Of a stretch of DNA of 64,000 nucleotides, positions 34,158 to 48,586 are shown piece after piece. The notes below the pieces were generated by a model. That model did no database searches and was not told the origin of the DNA. It saw only the letters and a program-made list of their open reading frames with translations. Source of the DNA: Anolis carolinensis (Eukaryota); the NCBI RefSeq assembly GCF_035594765.1, contig NC_085842.1, positions 48,212,782-48,276,781 on the forward strand. The letters are read 5' to 3'. The position numbers and the translations under genes were made by a program. Within the stretch, counting starts at the first letter, position 1. Each line of letters opens with the position of its first letter.

Positions 34158-36496
34158 AGGAGTTCATATACAATCTAATGTGCTAGTAGCTCCAAAGGAG
34201 ATATTAATGGAAGCCTGCTGTTTGCAGTATGTCTGCTTATTCACAGGAAAATTCTCCTAAAGCTTACACAGACAAACATGCATTCTACTATACTGAAGAA
34301 TTTAGTTCTTGTGCAAATCGCTTCTCATGTCACCAGCCTCTTAATGTTTTATTAAGTAGTCTCCCCCTCCCCCCATGGTGCATGTATTGCTGCATGTTGA
34401 CAGAACTTTTAAATATAGAGCTTCAAATGAGACACATAGAGAATAATAAAGTTAAAGAATAATAAAGTTAAAACCCTAACCCTTACCCCTTCCTGCCTTC
34501 TTGCCTCAGTTTCCTATATATTCCTGATCCCCTTCTGAAGCTGATGCTTCACCCACCTCTCTTGGTTATTACTCCTATAGACAAACATTTTAGCATTCCC
34601 CCACTAATTCCTTCTGGGTCTTACTTGGCAAGTGGCTTCCCAGTATCAGTGTATCCATTCATCTCAGATAGTGGATGTGCCACATCCCTGTGCAGGTGAG
34701 AGAAGGTTAGTGGCCGTAGCACCTGGTGGCATTTATGTCAATGGGATTGTAAATTTCCTCTAGGGTGGGGGTGGGCAACTGTGGATGGCTAGGGGCAAAA
34801 ATGGCTTGGGGCCTGCACACAGGCCACACTTTGAACACCCCTGCTTTAGGTCAGTGATGCATAACCTGTGGCCCTCCAGATGTTTTGAATTTCAGTCCCT
34901 AGAATTCCTGACCATTGACAAGTTGGCTAGGGCTCTTAGGAGTTGGAGTTCCAAACACCTGGAGGGCTATAGGTTGTGTACCACTGCTCTAGTCACTGCT
35001 TCCTAAACTGTGAGTCCTGACCCTAAATGTGGTCCCCTTAGCTGAATGTTGGGGTCACAAAAATGGAAACAGTAAAAGGTTTCTGAATGCCACCCTGTTC
35101 ATTAGATATGCTTTATTGAGCTTCTAGGAGATGAAGTCCAAAACATCTGGAGGAACAAAGGTTGAGAATCACTGCTCTGGGTTTTGGTAGTACTCTAGAA
35201 GAGCTATCAAAGGAAGCATCTTTTGAGATGGTAGAATGGATGCAGTTTGACACCATTATAATTGCCATGGCTCAATGCTATGGGAGTTAAAGTTTGGTGA
35301 GGTACCAGCTCCATCTGGCAGAGAAAGTGAAAGACCTTATAAAATTACAACTCCAATGGTTCCATAGCACTGAACCATGACAGTGAAAGTGGTATCAAAG
35401 TGCATTAATTCTACAGAGTGAATGCACCCCAAGGTATCGAGTCCTATTCCCCAAATTGGTTTAGCATTTCAGGATAATTTCTGGAACAGATTCATTACTC
35501 TATTAAACTTGTAATCCCCAGCCCTCTTTCTGAATTGGTGGACCTCCCACTGGTGACATGTGCTACTCACATTCGTCTCATGACTCCATCCCATTCCTGC
35601 TTTTTCATTGACAAATCTTTGCTAGTTGAACAACTTCACCTTCATTGTGTTCCTATGATTTCTCCTTGGCAGGTTTGGCAAACAAATCTTTCATGCAGAA
35701 CTTGGAACAGATACTTTTTGGATTCTAACTTGCAGAATCCTTCAACCAGCTCAATTATTGGCAATGATCCTTGTGGGATTCTGGGAATTTAAAAAAAAGA
35801 AAAGAAATGGTTGTTGTACATCCAATATTCCACCAGATGTTTTCTCCGGTCTTAAGTTTTCAACCAAACAATGCAGTCCTGAATTTGTCCACTGGAAGAT
35901 ATATGCCTCACTGAGTTCAATGGCTAATCCTCCCAGGCAAATTTATATATGATTGTGGCCTTAAGTGGAAGCAACAAGGGTTTTGTTGCACTTCATTCAT
36001 ATCTTTCATCTATCATAAATGTGCCAATTATATTCATTTTCCAAAAGTGCTTCAAATCCAAAATGAAAAGTTAATTGATTTTTTTCCAGCATAAGCTTTC
36101 AATGCCAGTATGCAGAAGCATACTTATACTCCTATCCTGAGTACTTTAACTTGGCATTAAATCTCAATTATCGCAGTAGAGCTTGCTTCTATGTAAGTGT
36201 GCTTTGGCTCCCAGCCTTCCATTGAGGTAAATTACATTTAACTCGATGGGACTTTTAATACAGGGTGAAATCAATTACTTAGCTTGTGGTCTTTACTTTA
36301 ACATGTTCCATTTGGCAAGTCTCATGATAAGAAGAATCATGGCCTGATTTGCTCTATTTCATTAAAGCAGCCTCCTTGGATTCGATTGTACTGCAATTTC
36401 CATCACCCCTCAACACCCACTGTTCTAACTAAAGCTGATGGGAGTTGCAGTTCAACAACATCTGGGGGTCCATAATTACCTGTCATTGCTTTAGAA

Positions 36497-36877
36497 CAAG
36501 GGTCCCCAAACTTTTTAAGGAGAGGACCGGTCCACAATCCTTCAGACTGTTGAGGAGCTGAATTATCATTTGAAAAAAAATACGAACAAATTCCTTTGCA
36601 GACTGTACATGTCTTATTTATAGTGCAAAAAAACTAACAACAACAATTTTAAAATAACAACAATTTTAACCAACATAAATTTATCAGGATTTCAATGAGA
36701 AGTGTGGGCCTGCTTCTGGCCAATGAGATAGTCAAGTTAATTAGGATTGTTGTTGTTGTGTGCCTTCAAGTCATTTCAGACTTTGGGTGAGCCTAAGTCT
36801 AAAACTGAGGGCGGGGGCCAGTAAAATGACTTTGGAGGGCCACATCCGGCCCATGGGCCTTAGTTTTGGGACCCCTG
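36497..36877. mobile_element. Non-autonomous hAT transposon
   Basis: TIR caagggtccccaaact / agttttgggacccctg; 8-bp TSD ctttagaa on both sides. Confidence 0.9.
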
Positions 36878-37550
36878 CTTTAGAACATAAGAAAGAGACA
36901 GCAGGCTGCTCATTCCTTCATTCCTATTGTCCACTGCCCTTCTATCCCTGTAGCCTTGAGCAGGATACAATCTGTGAGTAACAAGAAGTGAATAGGGCTG
37001 TATGAACAATGCAGAATTATAGTAGTGTGGCACATCATTAACTGCTATGGCTCAAACCTATGAGATGTTTAGTTAGGTGAGATATTTGCCCTTAACTGTT
37101 AAAGTGCTCTGTTGCTTTAATAGAACAATAAATCCCAGTATTCTATAGGATGGTGTTATGGCAGCGTGGATGGTCATTAGAAAAGTGAACAATGGCATAA
37201 CAGGGATGGGAATCATGCAACCTACAAATGTTGCAACTCCCGGTATTCCTCAGCACTGGCCCTGCTGGCAAGTACTGTTGCCATCAAATTTGATCTGGAG
37301 GGACATATGATTCTGCAGGACTGAAGAGAAGCTCTGCAGTTATGGTAGCTTCCACTTAATCAGTTGTTTATACAGAGCAGGGTGAACCTACCACATATGA
37401 TGAACTAGTCATCTTTGAGCTCTAGATGGGTGAGACTCCTATGTAGAAGTACCAACACTCAAAGAGGTGAAATAATATAGGGCAAGGATAAGCAACGGTG
37501 GCCCTCCATATATTGTTGGATTTTAGCTCCCAGAAGTCCTAGCCAGCATA

Positions 37551-37873
37551 AAAGGTAAAGGTAAAGGTTTCCCCTGACGTTAAGTCCAGTCATGTCTGAC
37601 TCTGGGGGCTGGTGCTCATCTACATTTCTAAGCCGAAGAGCTGGCGTTGTCCGTAGACACCTCCAAGGTCATGTGGCCAGCATCACTGCATGGAGCGCCA
37701 TTACCTTCCTTACCTATTGATCTACTCACATTGGCATGTTTTCAAACTGCTAGGTTGGCAGAAGCTGGAGCTAATAGCTGGTGCTCACTCCGCTCCCGGG
37801 ATTTGAACCTGCGACCTTTTGGTCTGCTAGTTCAGCAGCTCAGTGCTTTAACACACTTAACCACCGGGGCGCC
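37551..37873 (-). mobile_element. Sauria SINE
   Basis: (ACCTTT)n tail read as aaaggtaaaggtaaagg on +; head with B box ggttcaaatcc on the minus strand. Confidence 0.85.
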
Positions 37874-40621
37874 TAACCAGCATAGACAATGGTAATACAA
37901 GGTTTCCTCACTACTTCGCTATTCACTTTTTGCTCCCTCGCTGTTTCGTGGGTTTTTTGTGGTGCAAAGCACTCTCAGAATGCCTTGGACCTTAATGCTA
38001 TCCAGTCAAAAGTGGTATCTATCTATCAAACTAACCAATTAAACAACACAAAGCAACTCACTAGGCCACGGCGGTGCCTGCCTTTGCTTCACTGGCTCCC
38101 CGGGAATCCTGGGAGTTGCAGGTTTACAGCCTTCTCTGCCAAATTGCTGCCTGCCTCACCAAACTAAAACTACAGTCCAAAACGGGCTTGCGAAGGAGAG
38201 AAAAGCCACCTAACTACTAAAATAAGATATAAATATTAAAATAAATATAATGTCCCTACTTCACGGATGTTCACTTATTGTGGGTGGTCCTGGAACGTAA
38301 CCCCCGCAATAAGTGAGGGAACACTGTAAATCGCAGAAGCTGTCGACCAAAGAAATCTGTTAAGTCTACAGTTGCCCATCTGAGAAGCATAGATGCTTCA
38401 AGTGACAAACATTAGATCAGCATGGGTAAGGTGTGGGCCCTCAGATGAAGTTGGGCTGAAAAGGATTGGAGTCCCTAAGATCTGGAAAAAAAATATGCTT
38501 CTTATTATCTTGAGGAAAGACAGGACTGGCAGATAGGACAGTGCTTGAGGCCATAAATCTGTTTTAAATGTGGAGAATATAATTTAAATGGCTAAGAACT
38601 GGAGGAGAAGTAATGGGTAGGTGATAGCATGGAAACGTTCTCTTTCTGAACTACCAGAAATAGGAGTGGAAAAGCAAGATACTTTCCCACCATCAGGTTG
38701 CTAATCTGCTTTCTCCATGGGTTCATCTACACTGCAGAATGAATTCAGTTTGACCCCACTTGAACTGTCATGGCTCAATGCTATGGAATCTGGGGGATTG
38801 TAGTTTTACAAGGTCTTTTGCCTTCTTTGTCAAAAATTCCTAGTGCCTTACCAAACAACAGCTATCAGGATTGAGCATTGAGCCATGGCAGTTAAAGTGG
38901 TTTAAAAATGTAATAATTCTGCATTGTAAATCAGATTAGCAGTCAAAAGGGAGAGGGGGGGAAGTATCTTACTTTTTCACTCCTGTGTTTGGTGACCGTT
39001 TCGGGTAGTTGAGAAATATAATTTTCCCAAGCAAACACCTACCTATTACTTCTCCAGTTTTTGCCACCCATTTAAAATTTTATCCCTCTTCATGTTTAAA
39101 ACAGGCTCCCCAGGGGCTCAGCCTTTCCCAGTATGCATATACAGATGAAACGCTTCTAAATGATAAATATATTATATAAAGGGAACAGAGTGGAAGAAAT
39201 CTGCTTTCTACTCTCTTTTCTGGAAAGTTGAAGCCAAATGCATCCAAACTAGATGGAATTTTTCTTCTTGGTTCATTGCAACTCACTGTTCATGTCATCT
39301 TCTTCTCATATTTCTTCCAGGAAGGATAAACGAAGCTTCTTTAACTAAGCACCCAAGGCCTTCGGGAACCAGAAAATCATACATTCAGTTCTGAGTGATG
39401 CAATGAGTCACTGGACTGAGTTCAAACAAGCTGATTCTCTGAATCTCATTTAGCCACTAGGCCAAGCGCGAAACTGGACGGGATATAGCTCTTTGATCCA
39501 AATATGTACGAGCCCAAGTTATGATTCTGGTAAATGCCAAAATGCCTTTCTCTCGCACGGTGTCCAAATCTTCCAGATGTTTTCAAGAATCAGATTTCAG
39601 GAGCGTCTTTAATAAAACAAAAAAAAAGGATGGCAGAAATGTTATTTTGCAAATGTTAACAATGCATTAACTACTATTGCCTTTCTCCCTATTAAGTCAA
39701 AGGCATTAAATTAAACAATGAACTACAGATATAGTCTTATCTTCTGTATAAGTATGAGACACATTGTAGTTAATATTTTTAACATGTATAGAAGTCTTGG
39801 CTTTATAAAGCATGTCTATGAGCTAAGTTATCTCTCAGTGTCAGCAATTTATTTTACAACCACCAAATAAAGATATCTTACTAACAAAAGATCTGTTTTT
39901 CATACAGAGCCTAACATTTTGTAATACTTTTTTCTCGATATTTTGAAAAGTTTGATAGTTGACACTCAGCCATATTTCCAGATATTTTGGACTCCATCTC
40001 CCAGAATTCCTGACTGTTGGTCAAGCTGGACAGGGCTTCTGGGGGTTGAAGTACAAAACTGCTGGCGGACCAAACTTTGGGAACTATTGTCCTAGAGCAG
40101 TGGTTCTCAATCCATGGGTCTCCATATGTTTTGGCCTTCAACTCCCAGAAATCCTAACAGCTGGTAAACTGGCTGGGATTTCTGACAATGTTGTTCCTGT
40201 AAGTTCATTTTATGCAATTCTATCTTTATTTGTAGTCAATTTTTTGGTACTTTAGTCAATTTTTAGTAGTCAATGTTTTCAATACATTGCGATGTTTTGG
40301 TGCTAAATTCATAAATACAGTAATTACTACATAACGTTACTGTGTATTGAACTGCTTTTTCTGTCGATTTGTTGTAAAACATGATGTTTTGATGCTGAAT
40401 TTGTAAAACCATAACGTGATTTGATGTTTAATAGGCTTTCCCTTAATCCCTCTTTATTATCCAACATTTTCGCTTATCCAACATTCTGATGGCCCATTTA
40501 TGTTGGATAAGTGAGATTCTACTGTACTCTGTGTATATGTGTGTGTATGGCTGGAGTTTTACACTTAAAAACTGTACCTGTTCCAACTTACAAATTCAAC
40601 TTGAGAAAAAACCTACAGAAT

Positions 40622-41070
40622 TTATCTTTATTTATTTATTTACAGTATTTATATTCCGCCCTTCTCACCCTGAAGGGGACTCAGGGCAGATCACATTATA
40701 TACATATAGGGCAAACATTCAATGCCCATATACACATAGAACCGAGACAGAGAAAGACACAGGCAATTTAACCTTCTCCTGAGGGGATGTTCGATTCTGG
40801 CCACAGGGGGGAGCAGCTGCTTCATCATCCACTATGACGGCACTTCCTCATTCCAAAGACGTAAATTAGTTAAATTTGCCTCCCCACTTTATAAGTGGTA
40901 CCTTATTTCCTACTTGATAGATGCAACTATCTTTTGGGTTGCTAGGTCAGCAATGAGCAGGGGCTATTTTTTATTTTTTAAATAAAAATAACGGGCTGGC
41001 CTCGAACTCATGACCTCATGGTTAGAGTGATTTATTGCAGCAGGCTGCCCACCAGCCTGTGCCACAGCCT
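40622..41070 (-). mobile_element. tRNA-derived SINE with L2-like 3' end
   Basis: Same head and tail as 23070-23305 with an extra internal segment. Confidence 0.75.
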
Positions 41071-41394
41071 GTTATCTTGTCCATAACATGGGGAATTGCC
41101 TGTACAGTGTCACGAAATGATGAGTGTCTACCAAATGGTTGTGTCACCAACATGAAATTGTGGTGCACCATATAGAAATGACTTAGGCGTGAGCAAACTT
41201 GGGCCCTCCAGGTGTTTTGAAGTCCAAAACACCTGGAGGGCCCAAGTTTGCCCATTCCTGGGGGACTACCTGGCTGAATGGGATGTGTAGTTATTGGGCT
41301 GAGACTTTGCAATATTACAACTCAAATGACTCCATAGCATGGAGTCATGGCAACTTGAAGAGGTGTCAAACTGTATTCATCCTACACTGTGTAG

Positions 41395-42000
41395 AAAGGG
41401 CGGGGAAAGAGGGCGGTGCCTGGTCCTTGGAGAGGGCAAGAGGGGGGTCCTTGGCTTCAGGTTGCTCTGAACTTTGCCTCGGAGGCTCCTCCTCCAACTC
41501 CTTCCATGCCAAGGCTGGGCTTCACTTGCCATCCCGCGGCCGGGAGGATGAGGGGAAGGAGGCGGAGGCGTGGGAGTGGGAGTGGGCGCAGGACCGCGCG
41601 GGCGTCGCCTCCTCTCCCTCCCCGGCGTCCCCTCTGAGCCTGCCTGCCTCCTTTCCTGCCTGCCTTCCTCCTCCTCCGCCCGCCACCATGAAACTCTACT
41701 GCAAGGCGGTGGCGCTGGCGCTGGGCTTGGCGGGGCTGCTCCTGCTCTACCTCTTCGTGGGCAACGCGGCGGGCGACCGGGAGGGGGACGAGCCGCCTTT
41801 GGAAACGGCCGAGAAGGAGCCCCGGGTCCCTTCGGGGGCCAGGAAGGGGGGCAGGCTCCCCCCTGCCGCCCCCTTTTACCACCAGACCGAAAGGGCGGCT
41901 GCTGCCGCCGCTGCTGCTCAAGTTTCCAAGCAGGAGCCACGTCTCCGCCTCAGGAAAGCGGCCGCCGGCAGAGGGAAGAAGTTGGCGCCCCCGAGGTAAA
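41395..42000 (+). promoter_or_regulatory. GXYLT2 CpG island / promoter
   Basis: High GC and CpG density, GGGGCGGGG boxes around 41398-41416, 5' UTR leading to the Kozak ATG. Confidence 0.8.
41688..41995 (+). CDS. GXYLT2: GXYLT2 (glucoside xylosyltransferase 2) exon 1
   Basis: Perfect Kozak GCCACCATG; MKLYCKAVALALGLAGLLLLYLFV type II signal-anchor resembling human MKLRSKAAALLLL; Pro/Ala/Arg-rich stem ending ...PR at phase-2 donor AG|GTAAAG; divergent to SHQ1 as in human. Catalytic exons are not in the window, so the name rests on the N-terminus plus synteny. Confidence 0.85.
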
Positions 42001-42009
42001 GAGAAAAGC

Positions 42010-42678
42010 CCTCCTCTTCTTCCTCCTCCTCCTCTTCTTCTTAATCTTCTTCTTCATCCTCCTCTTCCTCTTGTTCCTTCCCTTCTTCTTCCTCTCCCTC
42101 TCCTTTCTTCCTTTTCTTTTCCTTTTCTCCTCCTTCCTCTTCCTCTTCTTCTCCTTGTTCCTCTTCCTTTCCTTCCTTTTCTTTTCCTTCTCTTCTCCTT
42201 CTCTCCTCCTACTTCCTCTTTTTCTCCTTGTTCCTCCTCTTCCTCTCCTCTTCTTCCTTTTCTTTTCCTTCTCTCCTCTTTCTCTCCTTCTTCATGTTCC
42301 TCCCCCTCCTCTTCATCTCCTCTTCTTTCTTTTCCTTCTCTCCTCCTCCTCTCCTCCTCCTTCCTCTTCCTCTTCTTCTCCTTGTTCCTCCCCTCCTCTT
42401 CCTCTTCCTCTCTTCTTCCTTTTCTTTTCCTTCTCTCCTCCTTCTTCCTCTTCTTCTCCTTGTTCCTCCTCTTCCTCTTCCTCTTCTTCCTTTTCTTTTC
42501 CTTCTCTCCTCCTTCCTCTTCCTCTTCTTCTCCTTGTTCCTCCCCCTCCCCTTCCTCTCATCTTCTTCCTGTTCTTTTCTTTCTCTCCTCCTTCCTCTTC
42601 TTCTCCTTGTTCCTCCCCCTCCTCTTCCTCGCCTCTTCCTTTTCTTTTCCTTCCGCTCATCCTCTTCTTCCTTCTTCC
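42010..42678. repeat. Polypyrimidine (CTT/CCT)n low-complexity tract
   Basis: About 670 nt of almost pure C/T with recurring cttctccttgttcctc units. Confidence 0.95.
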
Positions 42679-42799
42679 AAGACTGCATCATTCTACACCA
42701 GGCATGGGCAAACTTGTACCCTCCAGTTGTTTTTGTAGGCTGTTAGGAATGGTGGGCGTTGAAGTCCAAAACCCCTGGAGGGCCCAAGTTTGCCCAGGC

Positions 42800-44050
42800 C
42801 TGGTCTACACTGTGGGGCCCCTTCCATGCAGCTGAATAAAATCCCACATTTTCTGCTTTGAACTGGAATACATGGCAGTGTGGATTCAGATAACCCAGTA
42901 CAAAGCAGATATTGTGGCATTTTCTGCCTTTATACCCATATGGCTATGTGGAAGGGCCCTGGGATGAATGCAATTTGATGTGCACCCCCCCCCCCCCCCC
43001 CCCGAACTGCCTTGGCTCAGTGCTCTGGAAGCATTGAAGTTGTAGTCTTACAAGTTTTTTAGTCTTCTCTGCCCAAGACTAGTGGTGCCTCTGCAAGTTT
43101 ACAGCTCCCAGGGCCCCTTCCACACAAATGAGTAAAATTTCACATTATCTGCTTTGAACTGGGATATATGGAAGTGTGGACTCAGGGCTCGTCCACACAG
43201 CCCTATATCCCTGAACATCAAGGCAGAAAATCCCACATTATCTGCTTTGAACTGGGTTATCTGAGTCCACACTGCCACATATATATTCCAGTTCAAAGCA
43301 GACATTGTGGGATTTACTGCCTTGATATTCTGGGATATAGGGCTGTGTGGAAGGTCCCATAGATCCAGATATTGTGGGTTATCCTGCCTTGATATTCTGG
43401 CAGCCCTTTCACACAGTCCATTAACCCAGAATATTAAATCAGGAAATCCCACAATATCTGCTCTGAACTGGAATATATCGCCGTATGGATTCAAATAACC
43501 CAGTTCAAAGCAGATATTGTGGGATTTCCTGCTGAGTTATATGGCTGTGTGGAAGGGCCCAAGGTTCTCCTAGCATTGAGCCACGACAGTGGAAGTGGTG
43601 TCAATCAGCATCCATTCTACAGTGTAGATGCACTCACAGGCTGCGAAGGGTTTTGGGATAGCAAGCTTGCAAAGAAGTGGTCTCAATGGGTGCATCTGCA
43701 CTGTAGAATTAATGTGGTTTTTATAGCCCTTTTAACTGACATGGCTCAAAGCTATAGAATTGTAGTTTGGGGCTCTTCCATACATCCATATAACCCAGAA
43801 TATCAAGGCAGGAAATCCCACATCTTCTTTGAACTGGGATATCTGAGTGCACACTACCATATATCCCAATTCAAAGCAGATATTGCGGGATTTTATTAAG
43901 TTGTGTTGAAGGGGCCATAGTGAGGCACTACTAGCACTCTAGCAGAGGAAGCTAAAGGCTTTGTGAAGCTACAACATTCCTGATGCCTTAGCATTGAGCC
44001 ATAGCAATTAAAGTGGTACCAAACTACATTAATTCTACAGATGTACCCAA
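42800..44050. repeat. Cluster of nested palindromic MITEs (ggcccttccacacag...ctgtgtggaagggcc and catctacactgtag families)
   Basis: Multiple nested copies; the same families occur at 16207-16355, 16531-16910, 20160-20400 and 27257-27560. Confidence 0.75.
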
Positions 44051-45282
44051 AGATAACATTCACTTCCTTGCTTGACTGCATGTGCCACAAGTACAAATGG
44101 CTGTTTTCATTTCTATTGGCTTTTTTACATTCACCGGTTTTGTCACAAATTGGGGTGTTCTGGCATCGAAAGAGGTTACTGCGCTGGGTGACAGCAACCC
44201 AAGTTATATCACTGGGCTCTGATGCATGATCCTGATCCTCGATTCAGGTATGGTTCTAGTATTTAGCTGTGCCAGGGCTCAGAGGATTGAATCCTTCCCA
44301 GGGCTTTGTGATTAGCAGGAACAGTTGCATTATCTGCCATCTCTTTTGCAGTCCCCTGAGTATTCTGATTGTTGTAATGCCTGATATAGCTGGAAGAAAA
44401 ACTGTTTTTCTCAATAGAATTGCATTGTTGTGAGTCTTCTCCATTTAAAACAAAGGTGTTTTGGAGCAGACTGGTTTTGACTAGACAAGAGCTATTAGCT
44501 GTACAAAAGACCTGCTACTGCTGATAAAAATCAGGTTTTATTTTGTTTTAAAAACTATTGAGCAACAGAGCTGTTTGTACTTTTGGATTCTTCTTAGAGG
44601 TGTACCTGTAGGCCTTGACCCTTCAAAATCTATCACCCCACCATTGTTTAATTCTGAAAACACATTTGCAGGTTATCGGGATCAGCATTATAATATTGAA
44701 CCACATTCCCAAAACATGAATTCAGTGTAAGTTTCCTTCATTGCAAGGAGAATGACTTTGAAGAAGGGTGAGCATTTCCAGCCTCAGGGCTTCTTCATTG
44801 ACTGTGCCTAATGGACCTCACAACATGTGGAAAAAATAAATATGCATCTCAGTTTTGCCCACCTGGTAGGTAACTACAGAAGTAAAGCTGTTTTGTTCCA
44901 CGAGAACAACCCAAGTTACAAAACCTACAGGTTGGCAGTAACTTTCTTGAGAACCGACTAAAATTACCCAAGTGTGCGCAAGCTTTTTGAGTTTAGAAAT
45001 CCAGAAGCCTTTGTTGTTGTGTGCCTTCAAGTTGTTTACAACTTATGGCAACCAAAAGATGAATCTATCATGGGGTTTTCATGGCAAGATTTGTTAGAAG
45101 ATGTTTGTTGTTGCTTTCTTTTAGGGGAGTGTGTATGGGTTTCTATGATTGAGCAGGGATTTGAACCCTGGTCTCTAATAGTCTAACCGTACTCTTGGGC
45201 CCCTTCACCATGCTCTCTTTCAGCAGGGTAGACCATATAAAATTCTGAAGTAGAGAGGACAAGATGAAAAACAGAAGACCAA

Positions 45283-45419
45283 GTATTTGGTGGAATGCTG
45301 TAGTTTAACTCAGCAGACATATATGCACTGTATGTATACATTTATGGGTCGAGTGTATTTGGTGGAATGCTGTAGTTTAACTCAGCAGACATATGTGCAC
45401 TGTATGTATACATTTATGG
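45283..45419. repeat. 72-bp tandem duplication
   Basis: gtatttggtggaatgctgtagtttaactcagcagac... starts at 45283 and again at 45355. Confidence 0.92.
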
Positions 45420-48400
45420 ATCCAGTTGTTTGCAACTGTAGAAGAAAATGTGTGTTTCATGTGTACAGCAGAATCTTTATAATACAGTACCTGCTTATTT
45501 TGTCATGACTTCAGGGCCATTTGCCATTTTGCCCTGGGTTTGGATAGCCCGAGTACCAATACTTATCTGCATTTTGGCATCAGCTCTAAAAGATGTGAAA
45601 TATTTTTAAGAATAGGTGCCAAGATGCTTACTGTTTATCCTTTTGTTTGGCCAGAAATCACAGCCATATGCGATTCACACAACTGCCTCAAGGCAATTTG
45701 TACTGTGGGATTGTACCTAAGTATGAACTGTCAAGTGAGAAACAACCATGAGAGCTCAGTACTTAGTCTACAGCTTAAAAAAACCTGACGCGGGTGATAG
45801 CTATAATCTGTTGCTTCATCCTATAATATGAAAAGCATGTACCTGGACATTGTGGCTCAAGGCCGAGTCCAGAAAAGAATCCAAACTGAAAATCTGTGTC
45901 TTCAAGGAGGGTGTAACCTGATCTAGCATAGTCTTTAAGTACCTGTTCCCTGATTTGTCTTTTGGCTGATCATGAGTCTTGTCTGGATTAAGCTTCTTTG
46001 TTCACTTTCAATCAGTCCATTATTGGCTTAGTACAGTGATGGGTTGAAGTAGAACAGAATTATAGGGCTTTGTGCCAAGCACATATTGATGGTTCGAGAT
46101 CCCAAAATCATCTCAGTGGTTTCATTTATATAGCAGGGAGAACATTACTAAGCCTACGGGATCTCACAGGCCAATGATCAAGCTGCACCACTTTAATGGT
46201 TTGTAAAAAATGCATCCAAAACCCACTCCTGCAATGCTTTCAGAAGGATACTGTGGTTACACTTTCCTTGTGCAGCTTCCAGCATATCCCTAAGGCAACA
46301 AAAGCTGTCTCTGTCCTATAGCCTGGACTGAAATTAAATTAAAATGGATCTAATTAATTCATTTCATTCCAAAACTTCCAGATCAGACTATCCATTCTCT
46401 GTTTATCTTCAATTGTGAAATGTTAGCACCTTATCCTTCCCAGCGTTGTTTGAAACTTGACTGTTTTGCTACATACAGATAAATAAGTAAAGTGCCCTAT
46501 TCATTGTGTTGAGAAGTGTATGCTATCTTCCTGGACCATATGTTTGGCTGAAATAAGTTCTGACAAGGCATTTCACAACTGTTAAAGCTTGGAACGATTT
46601 GTTTGGGGAGATTTGTTGTATGCCTTTCGACTTACGGTGACCCTATCATAGGATTTCTTGGAAAGATTTGTTCAGAAGGTTTTGCCATAGTCATCTTTTG
46701 AGACTGAGGGTGCATCTACACAGTAGAATGAATGTAGTTTGACAGCAGTTTAACTGTCAATGCTATGAAATCCTGGGAGTTGTAGTTTTATAAGGACTTA
46801 CATTTTTCTGCCAAAGGGTGATAGCACTTCACTTAACTACAATTCCCAGGAGCATTGAGCCATGGCAGTTGAAGTTGTGTAAAACCACATTCATTCTACA
46901 GTAGTATAGATATACCCTGGGAACCTGACTTGCTCAAAGTCACATTAGGGGCAAGAGTTCCCAAAATATTCTAGCCAGTGCTATATGATCAAAAGAGTAA
47001 CTTTTCCCAGCTCTGTAGGAAATATCCATGTTTTGTAATGTCATGTATTGAGTGATGGACCTTTCATTTCCAGGACGATTTCTTCCTGAGACCAGTCAGA
47101 AGTTCAGACCATCCCTTCCCCTGAAGAAAAAAAGTCTCTAGCGTGATAATGTAGAAGTATAGTAAAATCTCTAGGGTGATAATGTAGAAGTATAGAAAAT
47201 TTCCCATTTCAGTGTCTTACCCTTGATATTATGGGTTCCCATATTCACGTCTTTCTCTTTTTTTGCTCGTGAGCCTAGTGAGTGAGTGAGTTGATAGCTC
47301 TTTAAAGATAAGCTTCAGGCAGAATTTTAAAGAGACTTTTTTCATAAAAAATCTCCTTGACTGACTTTTCTTTTTAAACAGTCATGGCTACGTTTATATT
47401 AATAGTAGCACAAGAACATCCTGAACTCTAAAGATGTTTAAGATTTTTCATCTGGCCTGTTTCACTGCAAAGGCTTCAAAACTTACTTTGCAATAATAAA
47501 ATATAATTAAAATGAAATAAAGCTGTCATGTCTGGCTCACAGTTGAAAGGCTTGCATGTGACAGTGGAGCTTCCCTATTTTAGGATCCTTGCAGTCTGAA
47601 ATAAATGTGACATTGAAAATCCCTGTTCTTGATGGCTCCATCTCTTTCTCTCTCTTGAAGACCAATGATTTGGATCAGGACTAAAGCTCTTGAATCCCCC
47701 AGCTAGCAATGCTTGTAGATACTGCAATCCAAAATTTCCCAGATCTGGTTCTAACAGGAAGGAGCAAATCACACCTATTTCTTTAATTACCTCATCACAT
47801 TGAGATGGGAAAGCATGAGTGACCATCCTTTTAGCATAGAGAGTAGCCCTTCTTATATCAACAGCAGTTCTGTTTCAAGTTCTGCCTCCTCATCACACTC
47901 AAACGTGGAAACTCAAGAGCTGGCAATACATTCATCTCACATGCATCACATGGTCAGTATTGGGTTTTTTTAATCAGGAGAAACAGCAATATCAGAAAGC
48001 CAAGCAATCCCTTACCCTGTCCAACACCCTTACATTAAAAGAGACTGACACCAGTTTAAAACCACTTTTTTCCATGGGGTAAAATTGGTCTGCCCCAAAC
48101 CACATATTATACAAGAGATGGTGTTCCAGGTTAAAACCATTTCTTTCCATGGGATATTATTGTTCTGCACCAAACCCTATATGCTACAAGAGGCTGCTGA
48201 CAGCTGTGTTCAAAGTTCCTTCCTTTCAAGACATTTCTGCCTCTTTTTAGCCCTGGAACATGTGATAAGCTCCATGGCTCTCCATGCTTGAAAAGATGCT
48301 GAAGTGTCCTATGACAAGGGGGAGATTTCTCAATGTGATGAGGTCAGATTCCCCCCTTTCAGGACACTTCTGCCTCTTTTCAACCAAGGAGGGCTGTGCA

Positions 48401-48586
48401 TGATGGCCAGAAGCAGTTTAAATAATGTGATGAGATCAGTGCATCTCCGTGCTTGAAAAGAGGCTGAAGTGTCCTATGACTGGGAAATTTCTCAGTATGA
48501 TAAGGTGGTAAGTTAGGGTCTGTCTACACCAGGCATGGGCAAAATGGAAAAAAAAGAAGGGAATGGAGGGAGGAAAGGGAAAAAGA

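Noticed and set aside
41570-42835. 421-aa ORF and overlapping Phe/Leu/Ser- or Glu/Arg-rich ORFs
   Set aside because: Artefacts of the CpG island plus the stop-poor CT tract beyond the splice donor.
46826-46850. ZNF143-like ACTACAATTCCCAG promoter motif (many copies)
   Set aside because: Part of an abundant MITE repeated throughout the window.
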